In this document: one piece after another, positions 12,338 to 22,637 of the stretch
How positions within the stretch are numbered: position 1 is the stretch's first letter
How the letters are laid out: the number at the start of each line of letters is the position of its first letter
Source: Atractiella rhizophila
Lineage: Eukaryota
Length of the DNA stretch: 31,395 nt
Assembly (NCBI GenBank): GCA_021432655.1
Contig: MU271232.1
Location: 100,361-131,755 of the forward strand
Direction of reading: 5' to 3'
Translations under genes and position numbers: made by a program
Notes under the pieces: model-generated
Seen by the model: the letters and a program-made list of their open reading frames with translations, nothing else
Database searches by the model: none
Told to the model about the DNA's origin: nothing

Positions 12338-13738
12338 TCACGCATTATTCTCCCTTTTCTTCTTCTTCTTCTTATGCTTCGGCGACGCCTCCCCCACACC
12401 GCTTCCCTTCAAGCTCGCCAAACTCGCACCCGTCACCTCCCTCTTCCGCTTCCCCGTATTCCTGACCGGTTCTGCCTTCCCCTCCGGGACAGACGACGCT
12501 GTCGCTGTTGGTAGCGGTTCTGTGTGTGGTTCCGAACCCGGTTGAGGATTTTGAGGATTGTCTGTAGGGATGAGTTCGCTCTCCGCTGCCTTCTCGTCCT
12601 CGTCCTCGACGGTTTCGACGGTCACGATTGTGGTGGTGAGTATGGGGGCGGAGATGACTCCTCGATAGGTTTGGCGGTTGGCAACTGTATTGTGAGAGCG
12701 TGTCAATGTCCGTGTCAGCTGGACGAGAGTGGATAGCTTACACCCTCGAAGGACTGCTTTGCGAGGGTTGTCGGAGACCGCTGCGCGAGCCTTCTCGCCA
12801 TTGAGGCCCATAGTTTCAAGACTGTCACGCAAAATCAAAATTGGGAAAGGAGGATGTCATATAGAATAGAGACGTACATGTTTATCAGGTCATGTGGAGC
12901 GCGGATGGTCTCCCACGATGCTGAATGGGAAGAAACGATGAGTCCCTTGCCATCAGTCAGGGCGGATATGGACTTGAGGAGTGCGGTGAAATTTCGACGT
13001 GCGTGAGGTATCAACGAGCTCTGCGAAGAGAGAAGGGGTGCATAACGAATCTACGTCCTCCGTTAGTTATATGGATGGGTGGTGGAACAAGTGGTAGAGT
13101 AGAGGACGACCTCGAAGAAACAGCCGGCTTTGATTGCAGCCCGTATGGTCGATCGCTTCGCTCCCCATAAGGGTGACTTTCCACCTGGTTGATCTGAGGC
13201 TTGTAGCACTATGACCTCGATGTGTGGAGCTAGGGTGAGGCAGGCGTAGGAGAGAGAGGCAGAGTCGGTTGGGAGGACTGAGAGGATGTTGTATGCTGCA
13301 AAGTGTGGGAGATTAGATGTGCTCTGTCAATGCACACACAATCAGTCATGCACCAAGGATAGAGAAGATGCGTACGAGCTGGTATATCTTTGACTCCTTC
13401 TTGCTCCCTCCTCCCGTTATGTGTTTTTGGTCGATTTCGATCGTCGCCCGACTCAGTTGGAGCAGTTTCCCGCTCGTCGTCCTCGGAACGGTCGATGGTC
13501 CTGCCTCGTCATTCGTTCGCGGATCTAGGTCAGGTAGAGGTGGTTTGGGAAGCGGTAGTTGAGCTGGATCGAACGTCTGAGGAATTTGAGTGTTGAGGGC
13601 GACGCATGTGTAGCCCACTGTCGGTTCGTCGTCAATCTACGCGTTTCTAATTTAAAAAAACATACATTTCTGAGCTATCCGAAGCTGTTTCTGCACAGAC
13701 TCAGCCTGGCTGGGCTGGGCGACGAGAGATAAATCCAT
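12338..13738 (-). CDS. RPP1: RNase P/MRP subunit p30 (Rpp1/RPP30) with acidic/basic C-terminal tail
   Basis: MDLSL...LGYTCVALN, LLQLSRATI, YNILSVLPTDSASLSYACL, IEVIV, IRAPHDLIN, MGLNGEKARAAVSDNPRKAVLRG; NLS-like KHKKKKKKR at the end. Confidence 0.85.
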
Positions 13739-13901
13739 ATTCGTGGTGGGCGATGCAGACTAAAGAAGAGACTAGAGACACTACGTCGCAGTCGCAGTGA
13801 GTCAGTCCCGACGCCAACTGACGAAGAGCAACAACGATGGCGACTCCCTCCGCTCAGCTCCGCAACCTCACGCCCTGCCCACCCCCAGCCTCCTCCCCGC
13901 C

Positions 13902-15529
13902 ATGCCGCACGTGCAGCCCCCGACGCCCGCCACGCCCGTGTCGAGGAACTCCATTTTTTCAACCGCCTTCGGGTCTGGCTTCACTGGGCCACACGTCTCC
14001 TCGCCCCCCTCCTCAGTCAGCGGCTCCAGTCCGTCCTCCTCCCCCCCGTCGAGCGAGAAGCATCTCTCGCCCCTCGCCAATCGCAAGGCGTACTCGCACA
14101 GCGACCTCAGGACCGCCATCAACAACCTCTCCTTGGCCAGCGCAGCAAAGAAGGAGAAACACTTCGCTGCGCTCGGATTCGGCTCTCCCGAGTTCCAACA
14201 CGGCTTCAGACCTCCGTCGCGTCTCCCTACCCTCGTCACCATCAGGGACTCAACTCCCCCGCCCAGTCCGAGTCCGACCACTTCGACGTTCAGGAATGCG
14301 GAGGCGACGACGGAAGACGCCGAGTCGATACCTGGCTTCGTCTTCTACCCTTCATCCCTCGCTTCCGAACTGTCCGTATCCCCGCCAGAGAGCCCTACGG
14401 AGATGGACGGGATGGAGCAGGGATTTGGGAGGGGAGCAGAGTGGGAATTCGAAGTGGTAAAGGTGCTGGGCGAGGGGAGCTTTTCGAAAGTTGTGGGCGC
14501 GAGGAAGAGGAGGAAAGGGAGCGGGAAGGAGGGAGAAATGGTCGCGATCAAGCTGATCAAGAAGAGGATGTGGCAAGAGAACGAACGGATGAAGGTGTCC
14601 GTCGTCCGTGAATTGGAGGTCTTGAAGGTATGCTGTCTTTTAAACGTGAGAGGGACTGGGTTCAATCTCTGTCTGCGTCGATAGCATATCCATCATCCTT
14701 CTCTCATCTCGCTCTCGGCGTCCTTTGACACTAGACACCACAATTGCCTCGTCCTCGAGTATGCGGAGGGCGGAGAACTTCTCGACTTCCTCCTCGATCA
14801 CCACAAGGAGATGTCCGCAGGATTAGCGCGTCGCATATTCTGCGAACTCGCCTCCGTGCTCGGATGGATGCACAGTATCTTCCTAGTGCATCGCGACATC
14901 AAGCTCGAGAGTAAGCATTCCTCATCCTGCCATCCTATCCTACCCACTCACGTTGCGTTGCGTCAGACGTCCTCTTGACCGCCCGTCCGTTCCCTCTCCA
15001 CGAACCCTTGCCAGACGAGACCCTACCGCCTCTCCCCGAACGCTTCGTCAAGCTGACCGACTTTGGACTCTCCCGCTTCATCGACCCCACCAATCCGATG
15101 CTCCAGACCCGCTGTGGATCAGAAGAGTACGCCGCTCCGGAGCTCATCATGTCGAAATCGTACGACGGACGGCAAACGGATTCCTGGGCCCTAGGCGTCG
15201 TCCTCTACGCCATCCTCACCGGCTCCCTCCCCTTCGCTCGACGGAAAGGAGAGGGAAAGAAACATCTGTTCCGCATCGCCAAAGGCGAGTTCGAGTGGCC
15301 CTCCGACCCTTCCTCGGAAGGAGCGAGACTTTGTAGTCCCGAGGCGAAGGAGGTCGTGAATAGGCTGCTCGTCAGGGACCCGTCGAAGAGAGCTACGGTG
15401 GCCGATTTGAGGTTTATGGATTGGATGAAGGGTTGGGGTGGACCGAAGAGGTTGACGTTTCGAGATGCGTGGATGAAGAGGGGGAGCGAGGAGGTCGATC
15501 GGGCGGTTAGAGCGGAGGTTCCTTTTTAG
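13902..15529 (+). CDS. Ser/Thr protein kinase, CAMK-like, with a long S/P-rich N-terminus
   Basis: LGEGSFSKV, VAIK, RELEVLK|HIHHP, LEYAEGGEL, HRDIKLENVLL, KLTDFGLS, TRCGSEEYAAPE, DSWALGVVLY; introns about 14628-14684 and 14910-14967. First in-frame ATG is 13902; true start may be 13837 (see findings). Confidence 0.93.
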
Positions 15530-15914
15530 ACGAACCGAGTTCTTTACATGGTTGAGTTGATTGGTTGAGAGTGTTGAGATTTGTGATTCAGTCCTCATTT
15601 TCTTGTCCTACCTACCTCTGTTGTAACATGCCTTGGGATCCGGATTGCCAACATCTTTCCTATTATTTTGCTCCCTCTTCTCCTAAACATTAAATACTCA
15701 TTTATCTTATTTGCCGTGTCGTTGTGCAGTCTGTGGACTACAAGAAACGATCAATAATGTTAATGTAGTGTCACATTCATCTTCATATGCATTGGGATCC
15801 TCATCATCAATTTGTCACTGTGTGTCGGTAAGCTCAGATAAATAGTGCATCAAACAGTCGTCAATCAATTCCTTTTACCTTTTAACCTCCCACTTGCTCT
15901 CCACGAGAGCCTGC

Positions 15915-18651
15915 CTACACGTATTCGATCTTGAAAGCCCAAGCATCGTCCACCTCGCTCAACTCCTCCTCGTTTCCGAAAACCTCAAACGTCCCATCCG
16001 GAGTCCACTGCCACTGGAGCGCGGTCTGGTTCTTCGTTGGACCGAGGAAGGTGACTTTGTCTCCCTTCTTCGCTGGCACAGGAAGCTTCGTCCGGATGGT
16101 ACCGTTGACGGGGTACGTCAGGGAGGTGATGTAGAACGCGTCCTCCTTCGTCGTCTACTTGCACATTCAGTGTTGTTCATGATGAATGGGAGCGTGTGAC
16201 ACTTACGAAACGTAAGTCTTCATCTTGCGAGGCGTAGAACCACCATTGTGTGTCGTATATAGCTTCTCCTCTGGTAGGAATATTCTGTCAGCTTTTTGCC
16301 GCCATCTTAGAATGGGATTGCTAACGCGAATTTGAGCCACGATCCTACTTTCAACAACGAGTTCTTAGAAGGAGGCACGATAGTTCCATTAGCCGTTGGA
16401 CCTGTACAATACTTCAATCTCTTGTCACGCAACGGAGAATACATCACATACCAACATCGATCAGGTAGTTCCCGCCTTTGGAGACGATATCGACGAGAGA
16501 ATGAAGAACGTAAGTAGCATTCCGGTAGTTTGCATCTAGGTATCAAATCAGCCGGCCCAACAAGGTAACGAAGCAGGTTTAGAGCCTGTCAGAGGCTTAC
16601 CAGGGGTGTCGCGATTGTACCCATAAGAGTATGGGTCGCTACCTTCGCTCGATTCCCACTTCCTCGTCTTCAGATGGGTGGTGGCAGAGTATTCAGGGTT
16701 CTATTCCGACACCTCAGAGAAATCATGGATGGTGAGGGGAAAGCGCCCAACGCCAAAGCAAAAGAAGTGGCACCCCAACCTGCCGTTGCCAACAACTGGC
16801 CGACCCGCCTTGCCGCCCAAGTGGAACAATTCGGGGCCGAAAAACAATAAGTTATATCGGTACTGTTACAGCAAGACTCACCGATTTCAGGATAAACAGT
16901 AGGTCCTCCAACATCGCACCTGTTAAACTGGTCACGCTGGGGAGATCATGGTCAAGGAGCTTTCTGACCAAAGAATATCGGTGTTGTATTTGTAAAACAG
17001 AGCCTCCATTTGAGGTTTCATGATATCTTCAAGAAAGTCGTCTACTTTGACGTAGCCAGTGTATGGCTCGAGCTCCGAGTTGTTATAGGCATTATGAGCG
17101 AGACCTGCAGTAAAATGAGGAACATTCACATGTAGAATTATAGCAAAGCTTACCCCCAGCAAAACCGGTTCCTGTCTCTAACGTAAGCTTTATACTGATA
17201 AAGGTAGAAATCTCACGTTGCAGAATATCGTACCCAGGAGTTCCAGGCACGCTTGACCTGCGATGATATAGATCGTCACCTGTCCCGATTGAGTGGCGTC
17301 CAACTGGGCAGAGAAGAAACAAACCTCCGCCGGCGTGTCCATATTTTGCAAAAGAAGGATTAAACCATTCCGGGAGCGAGAAGTATGTCTGTAACATAAT
17401 TAGTTTGTGAATATCAAGCACCGAACAACGAACACCGATTTTGATCTCTGGGCGATACTTCTTCGTAGCCTCGACAATTTCTCCTAGCAAATCGCGCCTG
17501 CAGGATTCTGCTTCAGATGTCGTAACAATCGGTGGAAATGTCTCACTTAGGACCATAGTTCAACGAATTGCGGTTGGAGTTGCCAGTGGTGTCGAACAGC
17601 GAGAATCCATCGTGATCTAGGGATATCTTCAGTCACAGCAGCTGTCAAGTCTTCTTGACCCACGTTTAGTGGTGAGGACCTAGACAGGTCTTAGCAAACT
17701 AGTGGCTGGTGAATGAAAATACTGACGTAGTACTTTGCGCCAATATCAGACACGAAATCAACAAAGTCCTTAGCGTTGAACTCGGAAGCAGTGAAGTGAG
17801 GAAAGAAATCGTCGTATAGAAAATCCTCGCCATAGACCTCACGATGGTGTGTCCAAACAGCGGATGATGAATTGGCAGGATTGTGTTGCCCTATAGAACA
17901 ATAATTGTCATTGCCTGTCTAAATTTTCGGCAGGGTATGCTTACAGTACCAATACCTGTTGGAACAGTCAAGCAATGCGGGACATTAGGAGAGACCACAT
18001 TACCATTCTGCATACTGGGTCCCTGAAACTGTCCAAGCAGGCACGGAGTAGATTCCTGTTCCTCAAGTTAATAAATGAGGCCATGGGTGCCGGGTATTTA
18101 CCCCAGTGCACAAACAACCCAAATTTGGCAGAATCAAACCATTCTGCGCTCTCGTGCGTCTTCAACGAGTCATCTCCAACGTAGTAGTCCGGGATTCCAG
18201 CCGTGATCTTCCAATTCTTACTGATTTGCTTCTCATTAGCGAGGATCGTGACACCATCCAGCGTTTTGCCTGCCTTCACACCATTACTGACGATTCCTAC
18301 AATGACCCGCACTTGGTCTCCTCCTCGAAGTCGCTTCAGGCTGCCTGGAATTACAGTCTTGATGTTTGGGTGCGACAAAGTGAAAGAGGTTGGATTAACG
18401 ATCCACCGGTCGGCGGAGTTGTTGGATGGTGCGAGATTTGTAATGGTCAGCTCAACAAGTTGTGCTTTCTCTTTCCCGTGCAACCTGAATCTAGAGAGTG
18501 GACAATTTTCAGTAAATGTGACCTAAGTAGCAAAAAATAAGCTGACTTGGTGGTACTTCGAGCGTTTTGCACATGAAGAACAGGCCCGTTTGAGTGATTG
18601 GAAATGTCTGACGAGATTAACGTTGCTGCAAACATGTGAATGTTCACCGTG
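15915..18651 (-). CDS. GH29 alpha-L-fucosidase, main part; runs into the gap, with its N-terminus in the mirrored segment
   Basis: HESAEWFDSAKFGLFVHWG, YYVLTTKHHDGFSLFD, YFSLPEWFNP, nucleophile motif DILWCD, KWESSEGSDPYSYGYN, GPTANGTI, EAIYDTQW; ends WAFKIEYV* (TAG 15917-15915). Confidence 0.93.
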
Positions 18652-19024
18652 NNNNNNNNNNNNNNNNNNNNNNNNNNNNNNNNNNNNNNNNNNNNNNNNN
18701 NNNNNNNNNNNNNNNNNNNNNNNNNNNNNNNNNNNNNNNNNNNNNNNNNNNNNNNNNNNNNNNNNNNNNNNNNNNNNNNNNNNNNNNNNNNNNNNNNNNN
18801 NNNNNNNNNNNNNNNNNNNNNNNNNNNNNNNNNNNNNNNNNNNNNNNNNNNNNNNNNNNNNNNNNNNNNNNNNNNNNNNNNNNNNNNNNNNNNNNNNNNN
18901 NNNNNNNNNNNNNNNNNNNNNNNNNNNNNNNNNNNNNNNNNNNNNNNNNNNNNNNNNNNNNNNNNNNNNNNNNNNNNNNNNNNNNNNNNNNNNNNNNNNN
19001 NNNNNNNNNNNNNNNNNNNNNNNN
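18652..19024. other. Assembly gap (N run)
   Basis: Run of N. Confidence 1.
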
Positions 19025-19969
19025 AGTTAGTAGACTATAGTCATTGCTTTCTAGGTTTCCTCTAAGTGCTACTTGAAGAGTTGTAAGAAGAGCCACGCAT
19101 TACGAAGAGAAACGGGTTAGGTCCTTTTGGTTGTTTATAACACATATCGCTCGTTTCTATGGTGCCGCAGAGAGGAGTGAAGACAACAAATACTTTACAC
19201 GGTGTTGGGCAGTACAACCTTTTTCGACGCTGTTCTCTAGTAGAGAAGGAAACCCTGTAGGAGTCTGCGCCATCCTCGCTTCCTTGATTGTAGTTTTTTA
19301 CACTCCCTCGAGTTTATAAACGCTTCGCACGAGTTGCTTACAGACTCCGATGTAGGCCAGTCAAAGGAAATGAAGGGGACGGTTGAACCTGAGTAAACTA
19401 TATTCGGACATGGGAAGTTACACTCCAGCACACACCTCCTTCTACACTAACGCTACTTGCTGCCCTTCGCTATGATACAGGGGCGCCCTAGTCGATAGTC
19501 GAATCCTGATACCGGTTACTACGCGGCTGTCCTAGAGACCCCAGGGCTGCGGTTCCACAAACTGGGACTTCATTCGTTCTCGAGCGTGCGGAAAAGGGAA
19601 GACGACTATTCGGACTATCGCTACCGAGCTGCTTGCTTAGGCAATGAACTGGAGCTTAGGGAAGTAGAAGGTCGCAAGCAAGGAGGTGAGAAAGAGGATG
19701 TTAGATTGACTTTGCTGTGCGCCTGTCGGAAGTCGCGACCGGGCGCTTAGACACAACCTGTTCGAATACCGATACTTCTTCGCAGCTAGACGTAGTAAGC
19801 GGAGCGAGTCTCTAAGTCGTTCGAGGTCGAACGCGGCCTACGAGTTGGAGTGGCCAGCAAGAAGTGGTTGCGTTTCCCCCTCTCCCTATAACGCTCCTCA
19901 ACGCGGGAGTAAGAAAGAAAGTTTCCTCCCAACACCCACGCTAAGTGTCTCCGTGTTCCACTATGAATC
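19025..19969. CDS. Cytochrome P450 C-terminal half, legible only as the complement read left to right
   Basis: LNHLISVTKDPKEIHDELLNILLASKDTTA (I helix), NECLRLHPPVPFNVR (ExxR), WGPDAKVFDPERW, PFSAGPRICVGQ (heme Cys codon 19751-19753), GGLWVRFTEAQGDT*; introns 19094-19148, 19358-19405, 19571-19619, 19675-19727. Confidence 0.95.
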
Positions 19970-20271
19970 GGCGAGGGGTTATTCATGCCCCGTGCCAGAT
20001 TTGGTAGGGCGGAATTAAAACTATGAAAACACTACTACTATTGCGCACCCCCTCGAACATTAGATGTACATGTTAGATCAAAACATAAAGAACCCCCTAC
20101 AGTACTAGAAGGTAGAAGCACGTGATGCCGCGGACACTGGCACAATGCACGGAACGAAAACTTTAATAGCCGACAAATAGAGTGCTGCGCAGAGCTACCT
20201 ATTTTTGTTTGGTGGGGCAGAGTCCCAGGTCGTAGAGGAGGCTCATGTTTGCGGCCATTCCGTGTCCGTCC

Positions 20272-20731
20272 TACTACGTGAAAACCCGAGAGAGGAATGA
20301 GCGGAGCTGTACCCCGAGCGGGTTGGTAATTGTGGAACTTAAGGCTGAAACGACGACTGGTTGATGAAAAGCGAGTTACCGCAACTCAGAGTCGTTATGC
20401 AGCTCGTCCAAGGAAACTTGGAAAGCAGGATAAAGTTGTTATTCCGCCGCCGCGAGAGACCCGTCCTTCTTTCGCGACTAAAGCTACCATCACCACCCTC
20501 GATGGGACGCCTTATAGATGGTTTCCTTCCTCTTACCACCCTAGTTCGCTAGTTCCACGGTTGGGAAAGGTACTTAAACGTAGCTTTGTGCCGACTACTA
20601 CAGCCAAAGTTTCATGTTGAACGGAAGAAAGGCAAGGAGCTTGATACTGTTGCAGTTAACAAGCCGAGTAGTCCTTCAGCACGGACAGGGAGGTCCGTCT
20701 ATGTGTAGGAAAGTGACCCAGCCGCGTTGTC
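20272..20731. CDS. Alpha-L-fucosidase N-terminal exons, legible only as the complement read left to right
   Basis: VPLNLSSYFNNKAAALSGQEESADFDGSGGSYPAEYLPKEGEWWDQAIK, intron 20556-20613, then YNLPSFRSSNYDNVNCSAHQEVVPVPPGRYTSFHWVGAT; resembles the N-terminal module of fungal GH29 enzymes. Start uncertain (20272 or 20310). Confidence 0.8.
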
Positions 20732-22165
20732 GGAAAACCTTCTCGTTGTTTGCGTGGGCCTTCTCATCAGAAAGCGCTTTCTGGATGATAGCATTGATGA
20801 GAGGCGATATTTCCTAGTCCATTATTAATTTATTTGAATCATAGCAATAAGAGACCTATTTATACAAACCTTCATGGCTTCTTTGACCGGATTTTTCCAC
20901 GAAAGGCCTAAAGTAGCAACAGGATCGCTCGACAATCTCCTGGCCGTCTCATACTCAGCACGATTGAAAGCCTGAAAGAATCCCCCAGCTTTGATCATTT
21001 GTTCGTCCTTATGTTCCTCATCCTTCGAAGGCGGGAACAGTTCTGCTAAGGACTCCTGAACCACCAATATCCGTCACGCTCTATAATGCTACCCATGAGG
21101 AAAGATTCTTACCACGGACCAGCCAAACAGGAATTCCGTCGCCGAGTCCAGGGTGAAGCGACTGGCGAGATCCTGGAAATCGAACGCAGTGGTACGATGG
21201 AGCTGTGGTTGAGGAGGGATGGATGAAGAGGTCGAGAGAGGCGAGAGAGAGAGGCGGCTGATTGTCGAGAGGATCCCTTGTGACTGCAGCGAAGACGTCA
21301 ATCTGTCCAGCGGCTCAGGTAGGAGAGAAACAAGCTCACGTGCTTGTCAAACACATCACAGTTTGAGATTTCTTCCTTGGAGAAGAAGGGTCGGGTCAAA
21401 GTCCTGTGAATGTGGATGAGTTGAAGGATATGCTGTCAGGTAGTGAACTATGTACCTGTGGTGTTTCCACTGAGCCCCTGTAGCATCATCACTCTCAATC
21501 CTCACGTAGATATAAAGAGGGAGCTCACCGTCCGAGTTAAAAATTCCCACGCCTTGTGGAAGATATCACTGCCAAACACATTGTGAAGAAAACCAGGCTG
21601 CACACCTAGAAAATCACGAGCTGCTGCCGTGAAGACATCTCCTTTGGGGAAATTGGTCCAGTTCTTTCCGGTGAGAATGTGCTTAAAAACCTGGGGGATC
21701 AGGCATGACACAATGAAATGAGTGAGTCAACTCTGTGGAGTTTGAATCGCAACGGATGCCTACCTCAGGATCTTCAGTCATGCCAACGAAGACGCCAAAA
21801 ACATTCAAGTTGATAGTCCTGCTGCCCATCCTTTCCTTGATGGCTGAACTGAACTGACCTGGGATAGGATCGGAGAGAAAACGTCTTGGACCAACGAGAG
21901 GGAAGTCCATGTTGAACGGTAACCAACCTTGAGCTTTTGGAATCAGGGAGGCATCATAAAGACGCGCTGCGCGCCGAGAGAAATAATATTGATTCCAGAG
22001 GAGGTGGATCTTGAGATTGATAGCTCCCAAAAGGAGAGAAGTCAGGAGTATGAGCGCACCACCGTTGACACCGCTTAGCGAAGCAGGAAGAGTGGGGAGC
22101 AAAAACTTTTGCTCCAAACAGATGAGAATCAGATGGACCAAAATGATCCGTTGGAGGCGAGACAT
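20732..22165 (-). CDS. Cytochrome P450, CYP63/CYP52-like, N-terminal half
   Basis: Hydrophobic N-terminal anchor, TEDPE|VFKHIL, FLG|GIFNSDG|AQWKHHRTLTRPFF, FDFQDLASRFTLDSATEFLFG, EISPLINAIIQKAL...KVF; continues in the mirrored segment from 19025. Confidence 0.93.
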
Positions 22166-22637
22166 GATTGCAATCAATCTCTAGTGTTGATGTCGAATAT
22201 TTGGCACCTTGAGAAAGTCTTTCAAGCAAAGAGTAACGAGAAAGTAGGACCGTTCATCCCCACCAGCTTTTATGCTGCTTCAAGAGCGGAACATCATATT
22301 CTGAGTCGCAAATCATTAACTATTGATAGTTAACTATTCGTCCAAAAGTCGCCGTTGTGAAAATGTGATTGTCAGCGGCAGCTCGCTTCGCAAGCTCGCG
22401 GTGCAATACTCTCCGCTGGAAGCAAATATACAGTTACTGCCACGTGACACGCGCCATGTTTGGCGGACGGAAAAGCTACAGTGTGCTGCGCTGTTTCAAC
22501 TTCCAATATCCAATTGCGGGAAACGACTTGAGAGGGCTTGAGGAGTCAAATATCCTGTCGATTCATTGGTGGGCATAATAAAAGTCATAGACATGAAACT
22601 TCTCCCCTCCAGACGAACCACCACAACAAAAGGAAGC

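Larger units (their letters stand above)
19025..20731. other. Segment reversed without complementation (mirror sequence)
   Basis: The base-wise complement read left to right contains GT-AG introns and exons of the two flanking minus-strand genes, with an exact in-frame join to 20732. Confidence 0.97.

Noticed and set aside
18590..19096. ORFs spanning the first N gap
   Set aside because: Artefacts of translating N.
19131..20620. Short six-frame ORFs inside the mirrored segment
   Set aside because: Chance frames of reversed sequence; the real coding content is in the unreversed complement.
19025..20731. Mobile element or foreign insertion explaining the odd composition
   Set aside because: No terminal repeats or transposase; fully explained by reversal of native genes.
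20732..22165. P450 as a truncated pseudogene lacking the heme motif
   Set aside because: The missing half is present intact in 19025-19969 once orientation is corrected.
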